From assembly GCA_021790215.1 (NCBI GenBank), contig JAJYIG010000003.1, forward strand, positions 1-42,406: 42,406 bases of DNA, in the 5' to 3' direction. This document shows positions 1 through 9,524 of this stretch, piece by piece. Source of the DNA: a bacterium (GTDB lineage Bacteria; Patescibacteriota; Microgenomatia; UBA8517). The first letter of the stretch is position 1. Every line of letters begins with the position of its first letter. Position numbers and translations under genes: made by a program. Below the pieces are notes generated by a model that worked only from the letters and a program-made list of their open reading frames with translations, made no database searches and was not told the DNA's origin.

Positions 1-28
1 ATGCGGTAAAATATGCTTGTTCAGATGA

Positions 29-102
29 TGCGGGATCGTCTAACGGTAGGACACGGCCCTCTGGAGGCTGGTATCGGGGTTCGAATCCCTGTCCCGCAGC
101 CA
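29..102 (+). tRNA. tRNA-Gln (anticodon CTG), CCA encoded
   Basis: Acceptor stem TGCGGGA/TCCCGCA, anticodon arm CGGCC-CT-CTG-GA-GGCTG, T-loop GGTTCGAATCC, 3' GCCA. Confidence 0.96.
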
Positions 103-150
103 AGTTGGGCACCCTAGAGACCGAGATCTCTAGAAAAGCCCAATAACACC
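97..150 (+). repeat. Left island boundary (attL-like), copy 1 of imperfect direct repeat
   Basis: 44/54 ungapped identity to 20204-20257, starting at CAGCCAAG (tRNA 3' end); includes hairpin TTGGGC..CTAGAGA-CCGAGA-TCTCTAG..GCCCAA (105-143). Confidence 0.8.
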
Positions 151-329
151 TTCAAAACCACCATTTTTATTACCAAACTCCCGTACCACACGCTCGTTGT
201 CTGGAGAAAGACCGTAAAATAGGTCTTTTTGCTAGTTATAGGGATAAATTTCGGATAAAATAGTAGCTGGATGCTGAGGTTGGCGAGGCAGCAATAAGCA
301 TCTGATTAATTAATACAAACACAAACTTC

Positions 330-346
330 ATTAATTAAATCTTAAT
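330..346 (+). promoter_or_regulatory. Putative OmpR-type tandem box 1 (ATTAAT-N5-CTTAAT)
   Basis: Same 11-bp-period motif at 1933, 3302, 5351; 10 nt upstream of TACCAT -10-like hexamer. Confidence 0.6.
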
Positions 347-375
347 TTTTCACTTGTACCATTGACTTAGAACAG

Positions 376-618
376 ATGGAAGAGATAGATAAAAATCAAA
401 TACTTAAGAAGTTGGGTTTGGCCAAAGACTCTATTAAGAAAACTATTTCCATGTTGGAAAAAGACATTCTTTGGACAGATATTCTTCATCAAAATTCAAA
501 ATCTATTAATTATTTAGATGTGGCTACTAGGTTGCTAGTCAAATACCACCTTTCTCATGTCCAAATTAACAAGAATAGTACAAACGAAATAGTAAAGATG
601 TATAGATATTTAAATTAA
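376..618 (+). CDS. CsoR/RcnR-like metal-sensing repressor, degenerate ligands
   Basis: Size and pattern (M-L-E-K-D..D-I-L-x-Q...L-L...H-L-x-H) match the CsoR fold; heads a copper cluster; both Cys ligands absent. Confidence 0.6.
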   Translation: MEEIDKNQILKKLGLAKDSIKKTISMLEKDILWTDILHQNSKSINYLDVATRLLVKYHLSHVQINKNSTNEIVKMYRYLN

Positions 619-619
619 T

Positions 620-1114
620 ATGTCAGCTAAGGCAATTATTATTAGTTCCATAATATTTATAGGTTTGATAGTTGGAATGGCTTTTTTATTCACCTCAGGT
701 CAAAAACCAGAGGTTAAAGCAATTTCCTATTCTCAATCAGATACCGACAGGCCTAAGGCGGAGGTGGGTAATAAATTTACCGATATTGGAAGTATGGGCG
801 TTAACGATGAAAAAACTGCAGATTTTTCACTTAAAAACACCGGCACCAGACCATTGCAAATACTGGATGTAACTACGAGTTGTCACTGCACCTTTGGCCA
901 GATTATTTACAAAGGAACAGAAAGTCAGAAATTTAGTATGAACGGATCGGGATTTGTTTCAGAGATTGCTCCGGGAGATACTGCAACGGTCAGAATAACG
1001 TACATTCCATCAATTATGCCGGTCTCAGGAATTATCGAAAGAGAAGCTTACGTTAAAACAAATGACCCTGAAAATCCAAGAATAATTTTTAGCATACAAG
1101 CAAACGTTAAATAA
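620..1114 (+). CDS. Membrane-anchored DUF1573-like Ig-fold protein
   Basis: N-terminal TM; KNTGTRPLQI..V.TSCHCT and IAPG motifs. Confidence 0.75.
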   Translation: MSAKAIIISSIIFIGLIVGMAFLFTSGQKPEVKAISYSQSDTDRPKAEVGNKFTDIGSMGVNDEKTADFSLKNTGTRPLQILDVTTSCHCTFGQIIYKGTESQKFSMNGSGFVSEIAPGDTATVRITYIPSIMPVSGIIEREAYVKTNDPENPRIIFSIQANVK

Positions 1115-1115
1115 C

Positions 1116-1937
1116 ATGAATACAAATTTTCTTTTTGGAATTTCTCTAACAGCGTCATTTTTAGCAGGGGTACTAGCTCTTTTTGCGCCATGTTGTATTA
1201 CATTTTTGTTTCCATCATATCTTGGGACAATATTTAAAGAGGGAAAAAGAGTCATGTACTATACGCTAGTATTTGCAGTAGGCTTAGGATTTGTTTTAAT
1301 TCCTATTGCGCTCGGTGTACGTTTTGTTGTTTTCTTTTTAGATTCTTATCATTCTCAGGTTTACTATTTAGGTGCTTTGATCATGATTGCAATGGGGTTC
1401 ATGACGTTAAAACCTGTATTTCATTTACCACAGTTTTTCCATGTCAGTGGAATACAAGATAAAAAAATTAACACGGCTAGCGTTTTTGGGCTCGGGTTAA
1501 TGTCAGGTTTAACATCTGCATGTTGTGCACCGGTTCTTTTTGCAGCAGTTACTTTGACTTCACTTTCGCCGACACTTCTCCAAGCGATTTTTGTTTCTGT
1601 TGCCTATATAACCGGTATTGTTATGCCACTTTTCTTAATTTCAATGTTTTATGACAAGGTTACTAATAAAATTGCAGGCGCAAATAGAAAGAAAATTTAT
1701 GATGTTCTCAAATATATCGGCGCCGGAATATTTTTTATTACAGGGATTTTGATAGCAGTTTTTAACTATCTCGGAAAGATTCAGATGAACCAAATGGAAG
1801 GCTATGGCAGGTCAATCCGTTTAACTGTCTATTATATTTCTAAATATTTTCAAAATCCTTTAGTTGATTTGTTAACTTTCGGTTTAATTGTTTTTAGCTT
1901 TTATAAGCTATTGAAACATAAAGACAAAGAATCTTAA
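1116..1937 (+). CDS. CcdA/DsbD-family transmembrane electron transporter (cytochrome c biogenesis type)
   Basis: FLAGVLALFAPCC and SACCAPVL motifs, multiple TM helices. Confidence 0.85.
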   Translation: MNTNFLFGISLTASFLAGVLALFAPCCITFLFPSYLGTIFKEGKRVMYYTLVFAVGLGFVLIPIALGVRFVVFFLDSYHSQVYYLGALIMIAMGFMTLKPVFHLPQFFHVSGIQDKKINTASVFGLGLMSGLTSACCAPVLFAAVTLTSLSPTLLQAIFVSVAYITGIVMPLFLISMFYDKVTNKIAGANRKKIYDVLKYIGAGIFFITGILIAVFNYLGKIQMNQMEGYGRSIRLTVYYISKYFQNPLVDLLTFGLIVFSFYKLLKHKDKES

Positions 1938-1949
1938 TTAAATCTTAAA
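1933..1949 (+). promoter_or_regulatory. Putative OmpR-type tandem box 2 (CTTAAT-N5-CTTAAA)
   Basis: 11 nt upstream of TATTAT (1961-1966), which lies 7 nt before ATG 1974. Confidence 0.65.
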
Positions 1950-1973
1950 GTATCGCTTAGTATTATTAATAAA

Positions 1974-2924
1974 ATGGCAAAATTTACAATTAACCTACCA
2001 GATGTTTCAAAATTAGTCCCTTTGATCTTATTTTTGAGTTTAATTACAAACCTGATTTTTGTGATTATTCTTGTTCCTTCATTGCTAAGTCAATTTAGAT
2101 CAACAAGCAATAAATCAACAACATCAACTGCTACAACTAGCAAAGACAATATTTTCGACCAGATTAATCCTACCAGCGGATTTGAGATAAATGCAACTTA
2201 CGGTGATTTGGGGCCGAAAATGGTCGCTCTTGGAGTGATCGACCAAAAGAAGTTCGAAAGCACATACCAAAATTCTAATCAGCCATTAACGGCCGATCAA
2301 GAAAAAATTTTGACTCAAGGCTCGGATCAAAAAATTAAAATCACAAGTGACAATTCCTACTTCTTGCTTAACTTTTTTTGGGCGGTAGGTCTCGCCAATA
2401 AATCAAATATCCTCTCTCAGGGGGATATGGTCAAATATGGAGGTCAGGGCGGAGCAGGCAACTTTGCTTCAACCGGTGGTTGGACTTTGGCTAAATCTTC
2501 TGCAATGAATTATTATTCGAAATCTCCCTTGATTTCGCTCACACCAGATCAAGAAAAGTTAGTCGAGAACGTATCCTCAAATATTTATAGACCATGTTGT
2601 GACAACCCAACGTCCTTTCCTGATTGCAATCACGGAATGGCACTCCTGGGAATCTTGGAGCTGATGGCTTCTCAGGGCGCGAGCGAAGCGGATATGTACA
2701 ATGCTGCTAAATATATAAACGCTTTCTGGTTCCCGGGTAACTATTCTGATTTGGCTTTATATTTCAAGAATAAAGAGGGTAAATCGTTCAAAGATATCGA
2801 TGCAAAAACCATTTTAAGCAAGGATTATTCATCGGCTACAGGCTATCAGAACAAGAAACAATGGCTGACTCAGAATGGTGTAGTAGAAACTCCTGCAAAA
2901 CAAGGTGGGGGTTGCGGCGTGTAA
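1974..2924 (+). CDS. Membrane-anchored exported protein with Cys/His motif
   Basis: N-terminal TM, S/T linker, RPCCDNPTSFPDCNHG motif, C-terminal GGGCGV. Confidence 0.8.
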   Translation: MAKFTINLPDVSKLVPLILFLSLITNLIFVIILVPSLLSQFRSTSNKSTTSTATTSKDNIFDQINPTSGFEINATYGDLGPKMVALGVIDQKKFESTYQNSNQPLTADQEKILTQGSDQKIKITSDNSYFLLNFFWAVGLANKSNILSQGDMVKYGGQGGAGNFASTGGWTLAKSSAMNYYSKSPLISLTPDQEKLVENVSSNIYRPCCDNPTSFPDCNHGMALLGILELMASQGASEADMYNAAKYINAFWFPGNYSDLALYFKNKEGKSFKDIDAKTILSKDYSSATGYQNKKQWLTQNGVVETPAKQGGGCGV

Positions 2925-2925
2925 T

Positions 2926-3024
2926 ATGAACCTGAATACAGTATTATTAATATTAGTAATACTTGCCTGCCCTCTTATGCATTTATTTATGATGCGGGAA
3001 CATAAAGGGAAACACAGGCATTAA
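2926..3024 (+). CDS. Small DUF2933-like membrane peptide (32 aa, not in ORF track)
   Basis: Translates MNLNTVLLILVILACPLMHLFMMREHKGKHRH; LACPLMHLFM plus His tail is the DUF2933 signature, often near Cu ATPases. Confidence 0.75.
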   Translation: MNLNTVLLILVILACPLMHLFMMREHKGKHRH

Positions 3025-3037
3025 GGAGGTTATATAA

Positions 3038-3295
3038 ATGAAATTAAAAGTAATGGCAATGGCAAATGCCGCCGGACTTCTAGGGGCAATCTACTTTATC
3101 GGTTGTTGGGTTATCGCCGGAATTTTACCTGATTTATACAAAGCAATTTTTGTTAGTTGGATGCACATGATTGAAGTTTCATCCCTCTGGAAAACCGGCT
3201 CGTCTAGTTTCTTATTAGGTTTCGTGAGTTTTACGGTAGTTAGTTGGGTAACAGGCTGGCTTTTTGCCTGGTTTTACAACAAATTTGCCAAATAA
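3038..3295 (+). CDS. Small two-TM membrane protein (DUF5676-like)
   Basis: AAGGAGG RBS; hydrophobic; SWMH and GWLFAWFYN motifs. Confidence 0.7.
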   Translation: MKLKVMAMANAAGLLGAIYFIGCWVIAGILPDLYKAIFVSWMHMIEVSSLWKTGSSSFLLGFVSFTVVSWVTGWLFAWFYNKFAK

Positions 3296-3301
3296 AACCA
3301 A

Positions 3302-3318
3302 CTTCATGAAATCTTAAT
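3302..3318 (+). promoter_or_regulatory. Putative OmpR-type tandem box 3 (CTTCAT-N5-CTTAAT), autoregulatory
   Basis: 10 nt upstream of TATAAT (3329-3334), 6 nt before response regulator ATG. Confidence 0.65.
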
Positions 3319-3340
3319 GATTTTTTAATATAATACGCTC

Positions 3341-4003
3341 ATGTGTATTCTAATTGTTGAGGACGAAAGGCGTCTTTCGAATATTATAAAAAGAGGCCTT
3401 ACCGAAGCTGGTTTCGCAGTCGACCAAGCTTTTGATGGCGAGGAAGGTAGTTACCTAGCTGAGGAGGAAGATTACGATCTAATTATTCTTGACTTGATGC
3501 TGCCCAAAGTTGACGGGATTACGGTATGCAAGAATCTTCGCAAGAACGGTGTTAAAACACCAATTATAATCCTTACCGCCAAATCCTCTATTGAAGACAA
3601 ACTTCAGGGGTTAGACAGTGGAGCTGACGATTATCTTACCAAACCATTCTCTTTTTTGGAACTTAAATCGAGGATTCATGCACTCATTAGAAGAAGCTCT
3701 AAAGAAGCCACTCCGGCCCTCACAATTGAAGACCTTACTCTTGATCCAATAAAACATTCTGTAGTAAGAAATGGCGAGTCTGTTAATCTCACTCCAAAAG
3801 AATTCTCTATTCTAGAGCTTCTTATGCGCCATAGGGACGAGGTGATAACAAGGTCAATGATAATAGAACATGTTTGGGATTATAACTACGACGGAATGAG
3901 TAACGTAGTTGACGTCTTTCTGACTACACTGCGGCGCAAAATAGATTCTAAAGCCAATAAAAAGCTAATCCAAACCATACACGGTGTTGGATATAAAATT
4001 TGA
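3341..4003 (+). CDS. OmpR-family response regulator (CusR/CzcR-like)
   Basis: VEDE, LDLMLP phosphoacceptor, GADDYLTKPF, C-terminal wHTH ending TIHGVGY. Confidence 0.95.
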   Translation: MCILIVEDERRLSNIIKRGLTEAGFAVDQAFDGEEGSYLAEEEDYDLIILDLMLPKVDGITVCKNLRKNGVKTPIIILTAKSSIEDKLQGLDSGADDYLTKPFSFLELKSRIHALIRRSSKEATPALTIEDLTLDPIKHSVVRNGESVNLTPKEFSILELLMRHRDEVITRSMIIEHVWDYNYDGMSNVVDVFLTTLRRKIDSKANKKLIQTIHGVGYKI

Positions 4004-4007
4004 TAAT

Positions 4008-5366
4008 ATGAACACAAAAGGAATTAGATTTAAGATTATTTCTTGGTTCACTGTAACTCTTTTTCTGGTTGTCACTACTACTTTTGCCTCCTTTTATCTA
4101 ATTACTAGACAAATCCTTTTTGCACAGGTAGATAGTGAACTTAAAAATCACTCACAGAAGTTCGTACCGGCATTAACTAATAGGACACAGATTAAAAACA
4201 TAGATTTTAGTGACACACCCGGGATGGTTGTTACACTTTTGGACCAGAACGGAAGTGCGCTGCAAAGTTCCTTGAGCTTAAATAGCCCATTTGTTTCATA
4301 TAAATATCCTTTTAGCGTGGTAGAGAATAGCCCCGAACCTGTTTTTATAGACCAAAGTATAAGCAATATGCCAATGAGATTTATTGCCGTTCCAGTTAGA
4401 GATGGAGATAAACTATTAGGCGTTGTGCTCGTAGCCCACCCAATTGATGTGATTCAAAAGTCATTAAATATTCTGATAGTCGCTCTTGCCGCACTCTTAG
4501 TACTACTTATTTTCCCCATTGTAATCATTGGTAACTTCCTGGCTGGAAAAATGGTAAAACCGCTGACCGAAGTGGTCAATAAAATGCAACATATAAGCTC
4601 CGAAAATCTTGATGAGAGAGTAAATGTCCCCAAGACTAAAGATGAACTACAAAGTCTTGGTATTACGTTTAATAGCCTTCTCGATCGTCTACAGGATTCT
4701 TTCAGAAGGGAAAGACAATTTATTGGAGACATGGCTCATGAGTTAAAAACCCCCATTGCTACTTTAAAAAGTGAGATAGAGTTATCGCTTTCAAAAAATA
4801 GGACAATTGATGAGTACAGAAAAACCTTAGAAAGTTCACTAATCGATACGAACAGGTTGTCAACCTTAACGGGAAACATTTTAGATTTGGCTTGGACCAG
4901 GGCACAGAAAAACTCGGGGAAGAAATTTAGTTTGTCTGATTTGATAAAGGAGATGGGGGAAATTGCAAATAAACTGGCACTTCAAAAGGAGATAACCATC
5001 AAAACCGACATTGGCGATAATGTTTTTATTACAGGTTTCCCCGATAAAATGGGACGAGCAGTATTAAATATCTTGGATAATGCTATCAAATTCACCCCAA
5101 AAGGCGGGGTGGTATCATTAAATCTGTATAAAAAGGGCAATAAGGCTCAGATAGAAATCAAGGATACAGGAATTGGGATTCCAGCAAAGGAACTTCCACA
5201 CATTTTCGAGAGATTTTATAGAGGGACCAATGAGAATAAAGCTACAGGTACCGGATTGGGACTGGCGATTTCCAAAGGAATTATAGAAATGCACAATGGA
5301 AGTATTAATATTAAGAGTAAGGTCGGAGTAGGGACAATCGTAACCATAATCTTAATGAATTCTTAA
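4008..5366 (+). CDS. Sensor histidine kinase (HAMP-HisKA-HATPase)
   Basis: Two TMs, DMAHELKTP H-box, NILDNAIKF, DTGIGI, GTGLGL; start moved to ATG 4008, just after the regulator stop. Confidence 0.95.
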   Translation: MNTKGIRFKIISWFTVTLFLVVTTTFASFYLITRQILFAQVDSELKNHSQKFVPALTNRTQIKNIDFSDTPGMVVTLLDQNGSALQSSLSLNSPFVSYKYPFSVVENSPEPVFIDQSISNMPMRFIAVPVRDGDKLLGVVLVAHPIDVIQKSLNILIVALAALLVLLIFPIVIIGNFLAGKMVKPLTEVVNKMQHISSENLDERVNVPKTKDELQSLGITFNSLLDRLQDSFRRERQFIGDMAHELKTPIATLKSEIELSLSKNRTIDEYRKTLESSLIDTNRLSTLTGNILDLAWTRAQKNSGKKFSLSDLIKEMGEIANKLALQKEITIKTDIGDNVFITGFPDKMGRAVLNILDNAIKFTPKGGVVSLNLYKKGNKAQIEIKDTGIGIPAKELPHIFERFYRGTNENKATGTGLGLAISKGIIEMHNGSINIKSKVGVGTIVTIILMNS

Positions 5367-5367
5367 T
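5351..5367 (+). promoter_or_regulatory. Putative OmpR-type tandem box 4 (CTTAAT-N5-CTTAAT)
   Basis: 11 nt upstream of TACTAT (5379-5384), 6 nt before ATG 5391. Confidence 0.65.
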
Positions 5368-5390
5368 CCGAATTCAGATACTATTTAACA

Positions 5391-5750
5391 ATGGATTTAC
5401 AAAAACTGCTCGTCACAATTTTTAGTTTTGGAGGCATTGCTTTTACCTACTGGTTCTTTTTGATGAAAAAAGAGAAAGAGGTAGAAGCTTCCGATTCAAT
5501 AAATATAACAGTTAATGGTGGTTATAATCCTGAGGTTATATCAATACCGTTTGGTAAAACTACAATTTTGAATTTCACACGAACAGATCCAACAGAATGC
5601 CTGAATGAAATTGTCTTAGGGGACTTCAATATCAGACGAGAACTTCCTTTAGGTAAAAAGATAGCTATAAAACTCGATCCCAAGAAAAAAGGAGAATTTG
5701 GATATTCGTGCGGGATGAATATGTATCATGGAAAAATCGTCGTCAAATAA
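5391..5750 (+). CDS. Membrane-anchored cupredoxin-domain protein (CupA-like)
   Basis: [23 protein letters not shown] motifs; directly upstream of copA. Confidence 0.9.
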   Translation: MDLQKLLVTIFSFGGIAFTYWFFLMKKEKEVEASDSINITVNGGYNPEVISIPFGKTTILNFTRTDPTECLNEIVLGDFNIRRELPLGKKIAIKLDPKKKGEFGYSCGMNMYHGKIVVK

Positions 5751-7974
5751 TCAAACAACAAAAACATATCCAATTAAAGGAATGCACTGTGCAAGCTGCG
5801 TTCGAGTGATTGAACGTGCACTGTCCGTCGTTCCAGGGGTGTCAAAATGTAATGTTAATCTGGCAACTGAAAAGGCAACCGTTGTTTTTGACCAAAATAA
5901 AGTTACAAACGACACGATAGCAAATGCTGTCAAAAATGTTGGGTACGAGGCAATTGTTGATCAAAAAATTGAAGAAAAGGACGAACTTCAGCAAGAAAAA
6001 TTAAAGGAACTAAAAGCCCTAAGAAACAAAGTAATCATTGGGCTTTCACTTGGAATCTTAATTCTTTGGGGAAGCTTCCCTGGCCTAATGCACACAGCCC
6101 CAATGATATTACAGAACTTTTGGGTACAAATGCTTTTGGCTACTCCGGTTCAGTTTTGGGTTGGTTGGGAATTTTATAGAGCGACAATAAACTCGCTGCG
6201 CCACAGGACTGCCAACATGGATACATTGGTTACTATTGGCACAACAGTTGCCTATTTATACTCTGTTGTTGTAACGATATTTCCCGCTCTAATAAGTGGA
6301 ATTACCAATAATCCAATGCCTTATTTTGATACGTCTACAATTATTATTGGTCTAATTCTTCTTGGAAGATATTTTGAAGCCAAAGCAAAAGCCGGTACCA
6401 GTGAAGCTATAAAAAAACTCATCGGGCTACAGGCAAAAACAGCCAGAGTTATTAGAAATGGCGAGGAAGTAGATATTCCTATTGATCAAGTAAAAATCGG
6501 AGATGTTATACGAGTTAGACCCGGAGAGAAAATTCCAGTTGACGGAATAATTCTAGAAGGAGAAAGCTCGATTGATGAATCGATGATTACCGGGGAAAGC
6601 TTGCCTGTAGACAAAATTAAAGGTGATACAGTGGTTGGCGCCACAATGAATAAAACCGGCTCCTTTACTTATAAAGCGACCAAAATCGGGGAAGATTCAA
6701 TGTTGGCTCAGATTATTAAATTAGTCGAAGATGCCCAAGGTAGCAAAGCCCCTATCCAACGTTTGGCAGATTTGGTTTCTTCATATTTTGTCCCAATAGT
6801 ATTGATGCTGGCTTTTGTCACTTTTGCTATTTGGTTTGATTTTGGACCAACACCTGCTTTTCTTTTTGCGCTTCTTAATACCGTTGCCGTTCTTATCATC
6901 GCTTGCCCTTGTGCCATGGGTTTGGCGACTCCTACTGCGATTATGGTTGGAACAGGAATTGGCGCTGAGAATGGAATTTTAATTAAAGATGCAGAAAGTC
7001 TGGAAATTGCCGGAAAGATAAAATCTGTCGTTTTTGATAAAACGGGAACTTTAACCAATGGAAAACCAGAGGTTACTGATGTAATACCGGGTGCGGGTTT
7101 TACTAAAAATGACATTTTAAGGATTGCAGCTTCTATTGAAATTAAATCTGAACATTCTCTTGCCGAAGCAATTGTATCGAAAGCTAAACTCGAAAAAATA
7201 AAATTGGTAGATTTAGAAAAATTCCAAGCCATTCCGGGCCACGGAGTTTCTGGTCTAATTAGCAAAAATAAGATCCTTTTTGGTAACGGAAAGTTAATGG
7301 ATAAAGAAGGTATTGTTTTTTCAAAACAGAAAGGTGATATTGAAAATCTTGAAAACGAAGGTAAAACTGTAATGCTTCTAGCTCAGAGTAAGCAATTAAT
7401 AGGTCTTGTTGCCGTTGCCGATACTTTGAAGGAAAGTGCTAAGAATGGTGTAGATAAACTCAAAAAGATGGGAATAGAAACGATTATGTTTACAGGTGAT
7501 AATACTCGCACGGCTAACGCCATTGCTAAAAGAGCTGGTGTCGATAAAGTTCTTGCAGAAGTATTACCGGGGGATAAGGAATCAGAAATAAGAAAAATTC
7601 AGGCTATTGGTAAAAAAGTTGCTATGGTGGGTGACGGAATTAACGATGCACCCGCTCTTGCTGCCGCTGACGTCGGAATTGCAATGGGCACAGGAACTGA
7701 TGTCGCGATTGAGGCCGCGGACATTACACTTATCAACAAAAATCTTGAGTCTGTTGCCAATGCTATCGAACTTTCAAAAAAGACTATGCGGACTATCAAG
7801 ATGAATTTAATTTGGGCCTTTGGCTATAACATTATCTTAATCCCAATAGCGATGGGGGTGCTTTATCCGTTTTTTAGAATTTTACTTAATCCGATATTTG
7901 CTTCGGTTGCGATGGCTTCAAGTTCTGTCTCAGTTGTAACCAACTCCTTGTTACTTAAGAGATTTAAAATTTAA
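5728..7974 (+). CDS. copA: Cu(I)-translocating P1B-1 ATPase
   Basis: [32 protein letters not shown] and MASSS metal-site motifs. Confidence 0.95.
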   Translation: MEKSSSNNQTTKTYPIKGMHCASCVRVIERALSVVPGVSKCNVNLATEKATVVFDQNKVTNDTIANAVKNVGYEAIVDQKIEEKDELQQEKLKELKALRNKVIIGLSLGILILWGSFPGLMHTAPMILQNFWVQMLLATPVQFWVGWEFYRATINSLRHRTANMDTLVTIGTTVAYLYSVVVTIFPALISGITNNPMPYFDTSTIIIGLILLGRYFEAKAKAGTSEAIKKLIGLQAKTARVIRNGEEVDIPIDQVKIGDVIRVRPGEKIPVDGIILEGESSIDESMITGESLPVDKIKGDTVVGATMNKTGSFTYKATKIGEDSMLAQIIKLVEDAQGSKAPIQRLADLVSSYFVPIVLMLAFVTFAIWFDFGPTPAFLFALLNTVAVLIIACPCAMGLATPTAIMVGTGIGAENGILIKDAESLEIAGKIKSVVFDKTGTLTNGKPEVTDVIPGAGFTKNDILRIAASIEIKSEHSLAEAIVSKAKLEKIKLVDLEKFQAIPGHGVSGLISKNKILFGNGKLMDKEGIVFSKQKGDIENLENEGKTVMLLAQSKQLIGLVAVADTLKESAKNGVDKLKKMGIETIMFTGDNTRTANAIAKRAGVDKVLAEVLPGDKESEIRKIQAIGKKVAMVGDGINDAPALAAADVGIAMGTGTDVAIEAADITLINKNLESVANAIELSKKTMRTIKMNLIWAFGYNIILIPIAMGVLYPFFRILLNPIFASVAMASSSVSVVTNSLLLKRFKI

Positions 7975-7976
7975 AA

Positions 7977-9098
7977 ATGGAAGAAAATTCAAAGAGCTTA
8001 TTTAAAATACTTATTGGAGTCTTAGTTGTACTTGGAATTGTCACGAGCTATTTGTTAATCAAATTATTCTTGGTTACAAACACATCAATTGATTTAACCA
8101 AACTGGCACCCGGTAATACGAATCTTATTCCAATTTTTCTGACAGGGCTTTTAACTGGGGGTCTGACTTGTCTTGCGGTTCAGGGTGGTCTTTTGGCTTC
8201 CACTATTGCAATGCAGGAAGAGGAGAGGTTGGAAGAAAAAGGTAAGAAAAGCGGAAATGCGGTTCCAATATTGTCCTTTTTAATAGCAAAACTAATTGCT
8301 TATACGATTCTTGGATTTTTGTTGGGTTGGTTTGGATCACTTTTCCAATTATCCTTAACTGCTCAAGTAATAATGCAGTTTGTCGTGATCATTTTTATGA
8401 TAGGCACAGCTGGAAACATTTTAGAAGTTCACCCAATATTCAGATATTTTGCGATTCAACCTCCCAGATTTTTAACTAAAATAATTAGGAATCAATCCAA
8501 AAGTAAAAACATTTTCGCCCCTGCTTTTTTAGGGGCGCTTACAATTTTCATTCCTTGCGGAACAACCCAGGCGATGATGGCGTTGGCAATTGGAAGCGGA
8601 AAACCAATCTTGGGGGCTTCCATCCTTTTTTCATTTATCCTAGGCACGACCCCCCTCTTTTTCATTCTTGGTTATTTTGCAACAAAGCTAGGAGATACTT
8701 ATCAAAAAAAATTCATGAAAGTAGCCGCAGTCGCATTGATTTTACTATCAATATTTAATCTCAAAAATGCACTAGGGCTCGCCGGAATCAATATTGGATC
8801 GATCAAACCTTCAAATACTGGCGATGTTGCCGTTAATAATCCTACTATAGAGATAACTTCGAGTGGTTATTCTCCGGGAAGTATAAACGTTAAATCTGGA
8901 GCTAAAATCAAGCTAACATTAAATAACACTACGGGCGGTGGATGTATCCAATCCTTTGTAATACCGAAACTAGGAGTTCAGCAAGTTGTTAGAGAAGGAA
9001 CAACTCAAACTGTGGAATTTACCGCACCAGACCAAAAAGGCCAGATAGCTTTTATGTGCGGCATGGGAATGTTTAGAGGAGTAATTAATGTTATATGA
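7977..9098 (+). CDS. DsbD_2/TauE-like membrane protein with C-terminal cupredoxin domain
   Basis: LTCLAVQGG, FIPCG, F.LGT.P motifs; C-terminal FMCGMGMFRG. Confidence 0.85.
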   Translation: MEENSKSLFKILIGVLVVLGIVTSYLLIKLFLVTNTSIDLTKLAPGNTNLIPIFLTGLLTGGLTCLAVQGGLLASTIAMQEEERLEEKGKKSGNAVPILSFLIAKLIAYTILGFLLGWFGSLFQLSLTAQVIMQFVVIIFMIGTAGNILEVHPIFRYFAIQPPRFLTKIIRNQSKSKNIFAPAFLGALTIFIPCGTTQAMMALAIGSGKPILGASILFSFILGTTPLFFILGYFATKLGDTYQKKFMKVAAVALILLSIFNLKNALGLAGINIGSIKPSNTGDVAVNNPTIEITSSGYSPGSINVKSGAKIKLTLNNTTGGGCIQSFVIPKLGVQQVVREGTTQTVEFTAPDQKGQIAFMCGMGMFRGVINVI

Positions 9099-9322
9099 GT
9101 AAAATTAGAGAGGCGAAATTCAAAATAGACGGTATGCACTGTGTAAGTTGCGCCATGAATATTGATTTTGATTTGGAAGATTTGGACGGAATTCACAGCG
9201 CAAAAACCAGTTATGCTAAATGCGAGTGTCAAGTTAAATATGACGAGGAAAAAATAAACCATAACGATGTGATATCACAAATTAATAAAACAGGATATAA
9301 AGTTAAGGAGGTGAGTATCTGA
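9095..9322 (+). CDS. copZ: Copper chaperone / HMA domain protein (CopZ-like)
   Basis: IDGMHCVSC, 75 aa, ends TGY. Confidence 0.85.
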   Translation: MSKIREAKFKIDGMHCVSCAMNIDFDLEDLDGIHSAKTSYAKCECQVKYDEEKINHNDVISQINKTGYKVKEVSI

Positions 9323-9323
9323 G

Positions 9324-9515
9324 ATGATGAATTTTGGGTATTATGGAGGAGATTGGAATAATGTACCTAACTATATGCAACAAATGATGCAGAACTATTA
9401 TGGAGGGATAGCTCCTTTTGGAGGACTTCTGGGTTTTTTACAAGTTGTAATTTGCCTATTATTAATAGTTTTGCTGGTCGTGTTAATTAGATATTTTTGG
9501 TTGAAGGCCAAATAA
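9324..9515 (+). CDS. Small Met/Gly-rich membrane protein
   Basis: AAGGAGGTG RBS; one C-terminal TM. Confidence 0.7.
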   Translation: MMNFGYYGGDWNNVPNYMQQMMQNYYGGIAPFGGLLGFLQVVICLLLIVLLVVLIRYFWLKAK

Positions 9516-9524
9516 AAAAAACAC

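Noticed and set aside
105-143. Intrinsic terminator after the tRNA
   Set aside because: Hairpin present but no following U-tract; treated as part of the boundary repeat
6708-7265. Long antisense and overlapping ORFs (e.g. 6708-7265, 34454-34957, 40574-40942)
   Set aside because: Shadows of well-supported genes on the opposite strand with no protein-like motifs
376-9515. Further copies of the TCCATC-AG-GATGGA site around the copper cluster
   Set aside because: None found by eye, so a multi-cassette array is not supported in this window
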